From contig NC_043017.1 in assembly GCF_006345805.1 (NCBI RefSeq), forward strand, positions 32,798,001 through 32,862,000: a stretch of 64,000 nucleotides of DNA, in the 5' to 3' direction. The position numbers were made by a program, and so were the translations under genes. The stretch is from Octopus sinensis. Lineage: Eukaryota. This document shows, in pieces, positions 24,361 through 36,863 of this stretch (position 1 is the stretch's first letter; the number at the start of each line of letters is the position of its first letter). Under the pieces are notes generated by a model that was not told the DNA's origin, did no database searches, and worked only from the letters and a program-made list of their open reading frames with translations.

Positions 24361-25034
24361 CAATCAACCATCTCTTGTATATAGACGATTTAAAGCAGTG
24401 TATTGCAAATGAGCTAAACAACTGGAAACATTATTACAGACAGCGCATAGATTCACCAAAGAAATAAACATGAAATTTGACTTAGAAAAGTGTGCCAAAG
24501 CAACCTTCGAAATAGTAGCAATATCACACTAGATAAAACAGATGAAATAAGAGAATTAGACCAAAGCCAGACATAAAAATACTTAGGAATCAGCTTAAGA
24601 ATCAACACACAACAAATGAAAGACAAGATAAGGAAGGAATACTATAGAGGAATTAAATTAATACATAAAACAGAAGAACACAATGCGCAAAACAAGATAA
24701 TAGGTATCAACTCTCGAGCTGTCTCAGTTATAAGTTACTGTTACAATACTCTTAATTGGACTCTAAATGAACTAACCAAAATAAGACAGGAAAACAAGAA
24801 AACTAATGACAGAATTTAGGATGTGCCACTCAAAATCTGACATATATACAATGAATTGAATGTCGTAGAGGCCTTAATACAACTAGAAAACTATTGTAAA
24901 ATAACCACCATAGGATTACAGAAATACCTAAAACTGGAACAAATAGCCACAAAACAACGTGAGCAAAACAAAAATCTGTTTTCTGTCTTTAAGGAAGCTG
25001 AAAAATACATGAAAGATGTCATCGTACCTGACAA

Positions 25035-25437
25035 CTCATTTACTCATTTACTTGTTTTAGTCATTTGACTGTGGCCATGCTGGAGCCCCGCCTTTAGTCG
25101 AGGAAATCGACCCCAGGACTTATTCGTTGTAAGCCTACTACTTATTCTATCGGTCTCTTTTGCCGAACTGCTAAGTTACGGGGACGTAAACACACCAGCA
25201 TTGGTTGTCAAGCGATGGAAGGGGGGTGCAAACACAACACATAAACATACACATATATATATATACATATATACGACAGGCTTCTTTCAGTTTCCGTCTA
25301 CCAAATCCACTCACAAGGCTTTGGTCGGCCCGAGGCTATAGTAGAAGACACTTGCCCAAGGTGCCACGCAGTGGGACTGAACCCGGAACCATGTGGTTCG
25401 TAAGCAAGCTACTTACCACACAGCCACTCCAGCGCCT
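25035..25437 (-). mobile_element. SINE family A inside the LINE
   Basis: Full-length reverse copy. Confidence 0.9.
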
Positions 25438-25813
25438 ATGAAGAAAAAGAAGAAACAAAAAAAGCTGTAAAACAACTGAAAATGAAACAAGAAAATGCCA
25501 TGATAAAACGATGGCAAGAATATCCTTTACATGGCAAATACTGGGATAAGCTAAACAGAAAAGAAATAGACAAAACAAAATCCCAATAATGGCTGAGAAG
25601 CTCAAGGCTCAAAGCAGAGACTTAAAAATTTTTAATTGCAGTACAAGACCAAAGCCTCCCAACCAGAAATCACCAGAAACACATAATGAAGAAAAATACA
25701 AATAGCTGCAGAATATGTGGTGATGGAGAAGAAACAATAAATCATATTGTCTCTGGCTGTCCAGTCCTGGCTCAGAAGGAATATATCCACAGACACGACA
25801 GAGTTGGGACCTA

Positions 25814-26142
25814 TCATCATCATTTAGCGTCCGCTTTCCATGCTAGCATGGGTTGGACGGTTCATCTGGGGTCTGTGAAGCCAGAAGGCTGCACCAGGCC
25901 CCAATCTGATCTGGCAGTGTTTCTACGGCTGGATGCCCTTCCTAACGCCAACCACTCCGTGAGTGTAGTGGGTGCTTTTTACATGCCACCCACACAGGTG
26001 CCAGACGGAGCTGGCAAACAGCCATGGACGGATGGTGCTTTTTACGTGCCACAGGCACGGGGGCCAGGCAAGGCTGGCAAACGGCCACAGACGGATGGTG
26101 CTTTTTACGTGCCACCAGCACGGGGGCCAGGCGAGGCTGGCA
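25814..26142 (-). mobile_element. Family C 3' end inside the LINE
   Basis: Splits RHDRVGT from NWKLYQHY; contains internal ~60-bp repeats. Confidence 0.85.
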
Positions 26143-26370
26143 ACATAAACTGGAAGCTATATCAACACTATGGAATAATAACAGGAAAAAGATGGTATAG
26201 GCATACTCAAGAAAATGTCTCAGGAAATGACGATGCAACTATATTCTGAGATATGTCGATGTACACAGATAGAGAAATCAAGGCTAATAGACAGGATATA
26301 GTCTATTGACATGAGCATACCCTGTGACCATAATATCTCAGCAAAGGAATTTTATAAGCTCAGAAAATAT

Positions 26371-26780
26371 AAAGATTTCTCTCTTTTACTTGTTTTCAGT
26401 CATTTGACAGCGGCCATGCTGGAGCACCGCCTTTAGTCGAGCAAATCGACCCTGGGACTTATTCTTTCTAAGCCCAGTACTTATTCTATCGGTTTCTTTT
26501 GCCGAATCGTTAAGTGACGGGGACGTAAACACACCAGCATCGGTCGTCAAGCAATGCTAGGGGGACAAACACAGACACACAACACACACACACATACATA
26601 TATATATACATATATACGACAAGATTCTTTCAGTTTCCGTCTACTAAATACACTCACAAGGTATTGGTCAGCCCAGGGCTATAGCAGAAGACACTTGCCC
26701 AAGATGCCATGCAGTGGGACTGAACCCGGAACCATGTGGTTGGTTAGCAAGCTACTTACCACACAGCCACTCCTGCACCT
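26371..26780 (-). mobile_element. SINE family A inside the LINE
   Basis: Full-length reverse copy between KYKD and the EKMWHLK region. Confidence 0.9.
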
Positions 26781-27227
26781 AAAAAATCATCAAAACCGAA
26801 AAGATGTGGCATCTCAAGACAGCTACAATAACAGTGGTTATAGGAACACTTGGAATGATCAAAAAAGAAACTGAAAATTATTTAAGAATGGTCCCTGGCT
26901 TATCATCCATGCAGGAAGTGCAAAAGGTTGTCTTAACTGGTAACCGGTCCCATGTATTGAGAAGAGCATTGTAGCTGTGAATTTTCTTTCCCTTTTACTT
27001 CTTTATTTTCTTTGTTTACTTTTTATTTTTTATTTTTTTCTCTCTGTCTTTCTTCTTCTTTTTCACTTTCACATGACTTTGTAAATGGACAATTTGGTGT
27101 GTTTATTTTAATGGCTTGCTAATGTATACAGTGCGTTTCTCTGTCCTAGGTGTCAGGAAGACATTTGGCAAGAAATGGAAACAAAATTAAAAGATGATAA
27201 TGAAAATGATAATAATAATGATGATAG

Positions 27228-27611
27228 CAATCATCACCATCGTTTAACGTCCGTTCTCCATGCTAGCATGGGTTGGACGGTTCGACCGGGGATCTGGGAA
27301 GCCAGAAGGCTGCACCAGGCTCCGGTCTTATCTGGCAATGTTTCTACAGCTAGATGCCCTTCCTAACGCCAACCACTCCGTGAGTGTAGTGGGTGCTTTT
27401 TACATGCCACCTGCACTGGTGCCAGGTGAGGCTGGCATCAGCCACGGTCGGATTGGTGCATTTTACGTGCCACCTGCACGGAAGCCAGTCGAGGCAGCAC
27501 TGGCTTCAGCCACGATTCGGATGGTGCTTTTTATGTGCCACCGACACGGAAGCCAGTCGAGGCGGCGCTGGCATCGGCCACAATTTGGATAGTGCTTTTT
27601 ATGTATCTCCA

Positions 27612-27612
<1 letters not shown>
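27228..27612 (-). mobile_element. Family C 3' end
   Basis: CGTTTAACGTCC start; internal repeats. Confidence 0.85.
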
Positions 27613-27650
<38 letters not shown>

Positions 27651-27659
27651 GTAATAATA

Positions 27660-28035
27660 ATGCTAATAGAAATGGAAAAAATGTGGCATCTCAAGGTGAC
27701 TACAGTACCAGTGATTATAGGATCTCTAGGAATGATAAAAAAAAAGGTACTGAAACCTATTTGAAAATGATACCAGGCTTACCATCCCTACAGGAAGTGC
27801 AAAAAATTGTGTTAACTGGAACAGCTCATGTACTGAGAAGAGCACTATTGCTGTGAAAACAACATCCATTCATGAATTTATTTATTTATTAATTTTTTTT
27901 TAAATACATATTTTACCTGTGAATTTGCGGGTGTAATCTGGGAATGCATACAATGAGCTTCTCGGCCCTAGGTGTATGGAAAACACTCGACAGAAGAAAA
28001 TTTGAAGAAAGAAGGAAAAAAAAAAAATAATAATA
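27660..28035 (+). mobile_element. Second R4/Dong-like LINE 3' fragment, flanked by (TAA)n
   Basis: LIEMEKMWHLKVTTVPVIIGSLGMIKK...LQEVQKIVLTGTAHVLRRAL; 3' motif CCCTAGGTGTATGGAAAACACTCG. Confidence 0.85.
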
Positions 28036-28457
28036 ACAGTAACATTAATAAGAAAGAAAACCAAGAAGTAATGAAGATTATGTTACTTGGTTTAGTTATA
28101 AGAAGTTATAAATGGTCTTCCAATTTTCCTAAAGAAATTTAATTAAATGAGATATTGCTAAACTGTTTATGCCTTAAATTTTAAAACTGAGAGTTTAAAC
28201 AGTAACTCGTTTAATTTAATTTTGTTAGGAAAATTCGGAAACCATTTATGCAAGTTTATAAATAGTCTAAAAAGCAAAACCATTGATACTTCTATTTCTC
28301 TTCGTTATTATTAATATACTATTCTGCAAAATACTAAGTACTTTTTATTCTTTCCTTCTTATATCCATCCATATATATGTATACATCCATCTGTCCATCT
28401 ATACATGTATGTATAAATACACAGAGACATATATATACATGCAAACATAGATATATA

Positions 28458-28677
28458 CACGAGAGGGTGTTGAAAAGTTCCTGGCTCTGGGTAAAATAAA
28501 ATACAGGAGGATCAGTTAATTGTGATTTTATTTAACATATTCCCCTCTCAGGGTCAGCCACATATTGCTATGGTCCTTCAGTTTTTCTAAGCCCTGTAAA
28601 AAATCTCAGTAGGTTGGGTCACTAACCAAGCCTTTCGCAATATCATTAAAACCAGGAACTTTCAGCATCCACTCGTA
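28458..28677. mobile_element. mariner-type MITE
   Basis: Ends CGAGAGGGTGTTGAAAAGTTCCTGG / CCAGGAACTTTCAGCATCCACTCG; TA follows the right end. Confidence 0.7.
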
Positions 28678-28724
28678 CCAGACTGAAATAAATACTGAGA
28701 TTAATATAACTGATCCATTCATTC

Positions 28725-30187
28725 AAAGTAGTACCCCACCCTGGCTGGAAGTAGTATCCCACGCTGGCTAAAAGTAGTACCCCACCCTGGCTGGGGTACT
28801 ACTTTCAGCCAGGGTGGGGTACTACTTTATATTTTCTGAGCTTATCAAAGTAGTACCCCACCCTGGCTGAAAGTAGTACCCCACCCTGGCTGAAAGTAGT
28901 ACCCCACTCTGGCTGAAAGTAGTACCCCACCCTGGCTGAAAGTAGTACCCCACCCTGGTTGAAAGTAGTACCCCACCCTGGCTGAAAGTAGTACCCCACC
29001 CTGGCTGTAAGTAGTACCCCACCCTGGTTGAAAGAAGTACCCCACCCTGGCTGAAAGTAGTACCACACCCTGGCTGGAAGTAGTACCCCACCCTGGCTGA
29101 AAATTAGTACCGCACCCTGGCTGAAAGTAGTACCCCACCCTGGCTGAAAGTAGTACCCCACCCTGGCTGTAAGTAGTACCCCACCCTGGTTGAAAGAAGT
29201 ACCCCACCCTGGCTAAAAGTAGCACCACACCCTGGCTGGAAGTAGTACCCCACCCTGGCTGAAAGTAGTACCCCACCCACCCTGGCTGAAAGTAGTACCC
29301 CACCCTGGCTGAAAGTAGTACCCCACCCTGGCTGAAAGTAATACCGCACCCTGGCTGAAAGTAGTACCACACCCTGGCTGGAAGTAGTACCCCACCCTGG
29401 CTGAAAATTAGTACCGCACCCTGGCTGAAAGTAGTACCCCACCCTGGCTGAAAGTAGTACCCCACCCTGGCTGAAAGTAATACCGCACCCTGGCTGAAAG
29501 TAGTACCCCACCCTGGCTGAAAGTAGTACCCTACCCTGGCTGAAAGTAGTACCCCACCCTGGCTAAAAGTAGCACCCCACCCTGGCTGAAAGTAATACCG
29601 CACCCTCGCTGAAAGTAGCACCCCACCCTGGCTGAAAGTAGTACCCTACCCTGGCTGAAAGTAGTACCCCACCCTGGCTGAAAGTAGTACCCCACCCTGG
29701 TTGAAAGTAGTACCCCACCCTGGCTGAAAGTAGTACCCCACTCTGGCTGAAAGTAGTACCCCACCCTGGCTGAAAGTAGTACCCCACCCTGGTTGAAAGT
29801 AGTACCCCACCCTGGCTGAAAGTAGTACCCCACCCTGGCTGAAAGTAGTACCCTACCCTGGCTGAAAGTAGTACCCCACCCTGGTTGAAAGTAGTACCGC
29901 ACCCTGGCTGAAAGTAGTACCCCACCCTGGCTGAAAGTAGTACCCTACCCTGGCTGAAAGTAGTACCCCACCCTGGCTGAAAGTAATACCGCACCCTGGC
30001 TGAAAGTAGTACCCCACTCTGGCTGAAAATTAGTACCCCAGCCTGGCTGAAAGTAGTACCCCACCTTGGCTGAAAGTAGTACCCCACTCTGGCTGAAAGT
30101 AGTACCCCACCTTGGCTGAAAGTAGTACCCCACTCTGGCTGAAAGTAGTACCCCACTTTGGCTTAAAGTAGTACCCCACCCTGGCTG
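28725..30187. repeat. 23-bp minisatellite (AAAGTAGTACCCCACCCTGGCTG)n, about 60 units, with a short inverted block
   Basis: Direct inspection; inverted block at 28793-28828. Confidence 0.95.
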
Positions 30188-30679
30188 TACTGCGAAGACT
30201 GGAACCAGCAGCAGACTTGCAAGTTTGCCGTTTCTGTTGTGTATTAGAAATATTTCACAGCTGCGTCATAATAATCAGTTGTCTGTCTCAAAGTCATTTT
30301 CAAAGTGCCATCTTGTACAATTACAATTTCTATCAGCTGAAGTTGGCTGCTGATAGCAATTTCAACAAGAATTTTCAAGGTGTAATCAGCTTAGTGTCCA
30401 CTAATGTATTATATTTAATAGGTTTCCTCCTTAAACACTAGAAATGGTGCTAAGCATACTTTGCTTTTAGTGTACTTATCAGTGTGTTTGTGTGATTGTG
30501 TTTAGGTTTGCAGACCACCCACCCCACACACACACATATACACACACTAATATACATATATGTGTGAGTGTGCATATATATATATATATGTATGTATGTA
30601 TGCATATATACACCTATATGTATGTGTGCGAGTACGTACACATACACATATCTGTGAGTTTGTACATATACACACACAT

Positions 30680-30727
<48 letters not shown>

Positions 30728-31104
30728 GTGTGTCATTTGTGTATGTATGTACACCTGCTTGTCATAGACCTGTCTTTTGTTTTTCTGTAAATTTCAAATA
30801 TATGTGTGTGTGTGTGTGTATGTGTGTGTGTGTGTATATATGTACATGCTCACTCACACACACACATATATACACACCAGAGCTGAGCTTGCCATAAAAA
30901 GGACACTTTGGCAATCACCCGGCTTTCATTCTAATAACATGTCCAGTCCATCTCATTTGAGCAAAGATAACTTGCTGTTCAATTCAGCCACGACGTACCA
31001 TGCACAGAACTTTTATATCTCGTATGAAACATTTCCACTTGACTCCCAAGATACATCAGAGGCATGTAAAGAACACCCAAGCATTGCAAATAAAAGCAAA
31101 TAGA

Positions 31105-31665
31105 TGCGCAGGAGTGGCTGTGTGGTAAGTAGCTTGCTTACCAACCACATGATTCTGGGTTCAGTCCCACTGCGTGGCATCTTTGGCAAGTGTCTTCTAC
31201 TATAGCCTCGGGTCGACCAATGCCTTGTGAGTGGATTTGGTAGACGGAAACTGAAAGAAGCTCGTCACTTATAAGTTCGGCAAAAGAGACCGATAGAATA
31301 AGTACTGGGCTTACAAAAGAATAAGTCCCAGGGTCGAGTTGCTCGATTAAAGGCGGTGCTCCAGCATGGCCGCAGTCAAATGACTGAAACAAGTGAAAGA
31401 GAAAAGAGAGAAAGAGAGTATATATGCATATATATATGTGTGTTTGTGTGTCTGTGCTTGTTCCCCTAGCATTGATTGACAACCGATGCTGGTGTGTTTA
31501 TGTCCTCGTGAGTTAGCGGTTCGGCAAAAGAGACCGATAGAATAAGTACTGAGCTTACAAAGAATAAGTCCCGGGGTTGAGTTGCTCAATTAAAAGGCAG
31601 TGCTCCAGCATGGCCGCAGTCAAATGACTGAAACAAGGAAAAGAGTAAAAGAGTAAAGATGAAAA
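31105..31665 (+). mobile_element. SINE family A with a duplicated 3' module
   Basis: The GTTCGGCAAAAGAGACCG...GACTGAAACAAG segment occurs at ~31276 and ~31520. Confidence 0.85.
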
Positions 31666-31761
31666 CTGTGTGGCATTCTGGAGGTTGGTTTATACCAGTA
31701 ATTTAAAGAGCCATAATCATCATATTGTGTCAGTGATTCCGTCTGGAAATTACATTTACAT

Positions 31762-31971
31762 ACTCTCTTTTAATCTTTTACTTGTTTCAGTCATTTGACT
31801 ACGGCCATGCTGGGGCACCACCTTTAATCGAGCAACTTGACCCCAGGACTTATTCTTTGTAAGCCCAGTACTTATTCTATCGGTCTCTTTTGCCAAACCG
31901 CTAAGTGACGGGGACATAAACACACCAGCATCGGTTATCAAGCAATGTTGGGGGGACAAACATAGACACAA

Positions 31972-32013
<42 letters not shown>

Positions 32014-32186
32014 GCATATATACGACAGTCTTCTTTCAGTTTCCATCTACCAAATCCACTCACAAGGCTTTGGTCGACACAAGGCTATAGCAGAAGACAC
32101 TTGACCAAGATGCCACGCAGTGGAACTGAACCCGGAACAAGTGGTTGGTAAGCAAGCTACTTACCACACAGCCACTCCTGCACCTA
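31762..32186 (-). mobile_element. SINE family A
   Basis: Full-length reverse copy. Confidence 0.9.
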
Positions 32187-32561
32187 TGTAATATACCTGT
32201 ATATTAGTTTCAACTTTTTGCACAAGGCCAGCAATTTCAGGGGAGGGGTTAAATTGATTTACATCAACCCCAGTGCTCAACTAGTACTTGATTTATCGAA
32301 CCTGAAAGGATGAATGGCAAACCATGGCAGAATTTGAACTCAGAACATAAAGACTAATGAAATGCTGCTAGGTGTATTGCCCTATGTGGTAAAAGTTCTT
32401 GTAGATCACCACCTTACACACCTGCATAATATTCACAGGTATGGATATTTACATGCTAATTCAATAAGTAGGCAGGTTAATTGATCAATTTAATCATTTA
32501 ATCATTTAATCCAAGGTAAGGCTACGTATGTATGTATGAATGTATGCATGCATGGAGGTAT

Positions 32562-32970
32562 CTCTTTTACTCTTTTACTTGTTTCAGTCATTTGACTGTG
32601 GCCATGCTGGAGCACCGCCTTTAGTCGAGCAAATCGACACCAGGACTTATTCTTTTGTAAGCCCAGTACTTATTCTATCAGTCTCTTTTGCCAAACCGCT
32701 AAGTAACGGGGACGTAAACACACCAGCATCGGTTGTCAAGCAATGCTAGGTGGACAAACACAGACACACAAACATATACACACACACTTATATATATAAA
32801 CATATATACGACAGGCTTCTTTCAGTTTCCGTCTACCAAATCCACTCACAAGGCATTGGTCGGCCCGGGGCTATAGCAGAAGACACTTGCCCAAGGTGCC
32901 ACACAGTGGGACTGAACCCGGAACCATGTGGTTGGTTAGCAAGCTACTTACCACATAGCCACTCCTGCCC
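32562..32970 (-). mobile_element. SINE family A
   Basis: Full-length reverse copy. Confidence 0.9.
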
Positions 32971-33549
32971 CTCGTATGTATGCATGAATGTATCTATGTA
33001 TGCTTCATTTGGTGACAGTGCTGGAATTCAATATGAACAGAATCCTTATTAAAATCTGTCAGTGTTATTGAAAAAAATGAAATTTTTTTTAATCAACAAA
33101 TGGGAAAACTTAATGAATATTTTATGCTGTGACATTTACTTCCCAAATGCTTTCACATTTCTGCGATGCATTTTTGCAGCATCCGGTTCCATAATTACTA
33201 GGAAATGCATCGCTTCCATATCTTAGCTTAGAGCTATGAAACACCATTTATGGAGTAATGCAAGTTTCCGTTATTTGATTGTGTGGAAGTTATTGAGATG
33301 GTGCCGGAAACTGGTTAGTTGTATGGGTACATTGGTACTTTGTATATTTACTATACTTCATGCTATATCTAATATAATTTGGGGTATTCTAGTCTTGGGG
33401 TTTAATTCTGACTAGAGTAAAGCTTTGGGTTCCATCCTTATCTGGACATATGATAAATGTACCAGTCATATACTGAGGATAAGAAAATAGATTCCTCTGA
33501 TCAACATGTTATTAATCTATCATCCTCCTCCTCCTCATCATCATCATCC

Positions 33550-33760
33550 TATTTCTTTACTACCCACAAAGGGCTAAACACAGAATGGACAAACAAGGAC
33601 AGACAAACCTCAGTGCGTAACTGGTACTTAATTTATCGACCCCAAAAGGATGAAAGGCAAAGTCGACCTCGGCAGAATTTGAACTCAGAACATAACGGCA
33701 GACGAAATACGGCTATGCATTTCGCCCAGCTTGCTAACGTTTCTGCTAGCTCACCGCCTC
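33550..33760 (-). mobile_element. SINE family B
   Basis: Consensus match. Confidence 0.85.
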
Positions 33761-33898
33761 ATCCTCCTCCTCCTCCTCATCATCATCATCATCATCATCC
33801 TCCTCCTCCTCCTCTTCCTCCTCCTCCTCCTCCTCCTCATCATCATCATCATCATCCTCATCATCATCCTCATCCTCCTCCTCCTCCTCCTCATCATC

Positions 33899-33945
<47 letters not shown>

Positions 33946-34040
33946 CCTCCTCATCATCATCATCATCATTCCCCTCCTCCTCCTCCTCCTCCTCCTCCTC
34001 ATCATCATCATCATCGTCATCATCATCATCATCATCATCA
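33761..34040. repeat. (CAT)n/(CCT)n microsatellite, contiguous with a family C tail
   Basis: Direct inspection; family C(-) continues over 34040-34330. Confidence 0.9.
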
Positions 34041-34422
34041 TCTAATGTCTGTTGTCCATGCTAACATGGGTTGGATGGTTTGACCAGGGCTGGCAAGCTG
34101 GGAAAGGCTGCACCAGACGCCAGTTTGATTTGGCATGGGTTTCTACAGCTGGATGCCCTTTCCTAACGCCAACCACCCTGAGAGTGAAATGGATGCTTGT
34201 ACGTACAACCGGCACAGGTGCCATTTGCATGTATTTGCCACGACTGTGATTTTACTTGGCTTGACTGGACTTCTTCTTAAGCACAACAAAATGCCCCGGT
34301 CTTGGTCATTTGTCCTTACATCCGTAATCTGTATCATATGTTATTAATCTCTAGCAGAACTCATTATGTTGCAAATAATGGGTGAAAATCTCATGGAAAT
34401 CTTCCGCATGTCTTTCATCTAT

Positions 34423-34835
34423 AGGCGCAGGAGTGGCTGTGTGGTAAGTAGCTTGCTTACGAACCACATAGTTCTGGGTTCAGTCCCACTGCGTGGAACC
34501 TTGGGCAAGTGTCTTCTATTATAGCCTCGGGCCGACCAAAGCCTTGTGAGTGGATTTGGTAGACAGAAACTGAAATAAGCCCATCGTATATATGTATATA
34601 TGTATGTGTGTGTGTATGTTTATGTGTATATATTTGTGTGTATGTTTGTCCCCCCAACATCGCTTGACAACCAATGCTGGTGTGATTACGTCCCCATAAC
34701 TTAGCGGTTCAGCAAAAGAGACCGATATAATAAGTACTAGGCTTACAAAGAATAAGTCCTGAGGTTGATTTGTTCGACTAAAGGCGGTGCTCCAGCATGG
34801 CCGCAGTTAAATGACTGAAATAAGTAAAAGAGTAG
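34423..34835 (+). mobile_element. SINE family A
   Basis: Full length. Confidence 0.9.
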
Positions 34836-35374
34836 TCTTGAAAATGGTCATGACTACGCCTCCTGAATTCGGACTAGTAATAACAAGAACAACATCAGCA
34901 CAACAGTTACAATAACCTCACTGCAAAAGCTGGGGAGACATTTTCTTGGAACAGAAAACCCTTCTCTTATAAAAACAGCAATGTGCCACTTTAAGTCACA
35001 AGCCCAATAAAACACATTTCAAGTTTACATTCCATGTTTCGGAAATCTCATAAGTGACATGCCTGGTTATTCATTTATTTGCAGAACGACCTGCTGTGCT
35101 TACTTTGGATCGATGGGGTAGAAAGGGCTCCTTAGCCGTAGTGAAGGCAATCTATCTAGGGAGATAACCTTACAATAAATCACTGGGTCCGTAGCTTAGA
35201 AATACTGGGTTGACATCCAGCGGGAACAGCTTTGTTTCATGGAGGAGGAAAGATCTTCTTTAGTACTTGGTTGTACAATGCTTTCCAATGTGTGTAGTAG
35301 TGGCGCGCGCACACATTATTAGCCATTTGAAAAGACTATGAAAGTCTCGACCATGGTCGAACAATGATGATGAT

Positions 35375-35975
35375 GATTGGATCGTAGGGTGACCTGCTGT
35401 GCTTGAGGAGACCTACTGAGTCAAGTACATCAACATCAAAATAAATATCAAATGGAAATTGTAGTTGTGATACCTGTACCAGTGGCACGTAAAAAGCACC
35501 ATCTGAACGTGGACGATGCCAGTGTTGACTTGACAGGCTTCTGTGCCAGTGGCACGTAAAAAGCACCAACTGATCATGGCTGCTGCCAGCCTCCCCTGGC
35601 ACCTGTGCCAGTGGCATGTAAAAAGCACCAACTGATCATGGCTGCTGCCAGCCTCCCCTGGCACCTGTGCCAGTGGCACATAAAAAGCACCAACCGATCA
35701 TGGCTGCTGCCAGCCTCCCCTGGCACCTGTGCCAGTGGCATATAAAAAGCACCAACTGATCATAGCTGCTTCCAGCCTCCCCTGGCACCTGTGCCGGTGG
35801 CATGTAAAAAGTACCCACTACACTCACAGAGTAGTTGGCGTTAGGAAGGGCATCCAGCTGTAGAAACTGCTGGATCAGACTGGAGTCTGGTGCAGCCTCC
35901 TGGCTTCCCAGACCCCGGTCAAACTATCCAACCCATGCTAGTATGGAAAACGGACGTTAAACGATGATGATGAAA
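35375..35975 (+). mobile_element. Family C 3' end with internal ~59-bp repeats
   Basis: Tandem GTGGCACGTAAAAAGCACCAACTGATCATGGCTGCTGCCAGCCTCCCCTGGCACCTGTGCCA units; (GAT)n tail. Confidence 0.85.
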
Positions 35976-36194
35976 GCAAGTGTTGTTTTTGTGTCATAAA
36001 TTATTGTTGTTGTCATAAATTGCTATTGTTGTAGCTGCTACCACATATCTTTATATATAACAGAAACTGATCATCCAAAACGTTGATGAGCTGAACATCG
36101 GTGCAAACCAGATCTTGAGCACTTGAATATAAATTTTCTTCTGCTAGAAAACCTCTTTTGGTCACAGCACATACAAAAAAGAATACACAAAAGA

Positions 36195-36770
36195 TCATCA
36201 TCATCATCATCGTTTAACGTCCATTTTCCATGCTAGCACAAGTTTGACGGTTTGAATGGGGTCTGGAAAGCCAAGAGGCTGTACCAGGCTCCAGTCTGAT
36301 CTGGCAGTGTTTCTACAGCTGGATGCCCTTCCTAACAGCAACCACTCTGTGAGTGCAGTGGGTGCTTTTTACGTGCCACCGGCACAGGTGCCAGGGGAGG
36401 CTGGCAATGACCATGATTGGTTGGTGCGTTTTATGTGCCACCGGCACGGAAGCCATTCAAGGTGGTGCTGGCATCGACCACGTACGGATGGTGCTTTTTA
36501 GATGCCACTGACACAGGTGCCAAGGGAGGCTGGCAACGGCCACGTTCGATTGGTGCTTTTTACGTGCCACCGGCACAGGTGCCAGGGGAGGCTGGCAATG
36601 ACCATGATTGGTTGGTGCGTTTTATGTGCCACCGGCACGGAAGCCATTCAAGGTGGTGCTGGCATCGACCACGTATGGATGGTGCTTTTTAGATGCCACT
36701 GACACAGGTGCCAAGGGAGGCTGGCAACGGCCACGTTCGATTGGTGCTTTTTACGTGCCACCGGCATGGA
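36195..36770 (-). mobile_element. Family C 3' end with a duplicated ~190-bp trimer of internal units
   Basis: The block starting ~36362 is repeated at ~36553. Confidence 0.85.
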
Positions 36771-36863
36771 AATGAAGTAAAATGTGATCCCTTTTTTTTT
36801 TAATCATCTCTCTTTCTTTTACTTGTGTTATATATGCCAAATTTATCTTATGAATATGTACAC

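Larger units (their letters stand above)
23100..27170 (+). mobile_element. R4/Dong-like non-LTR retrotransposon relic (RT, CCHC knuckle, restriction-like endonuclease), interrupted by five retroposons
   Basis: Collinear decayed peptides: NWKAPGHDKIPNFW; GSYGCKDQLLINK; AFDSIPHTWIL; IFQGNSLPPFLFCLAL; INHLLYIDDLK; KYLGI; CRICGDGEETINHIVSGCP; ANRQDIV..IDMSIPCD; MWHLK..VVIGTLG; many stops and frameshifts. Confidence 0.9.

Noticed and set aside
28805-30156. ARVGYYFQPGW-repeat ORFs
   Set aside because: Products of the 23-bp minisatellite.
33163-33213. 11-bp stem GCGATGCATTT/AAATGCATCGC
   Set aside because: The interior has no hammerhead or SECIS core; isolated hairpin.
35075-35200. Segment resembling an RTE 5'UTR, possibly with an HDV-like ribozyme
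   Set aside because: I could not build the nested double pseudoknot by eye; single copy in the window.
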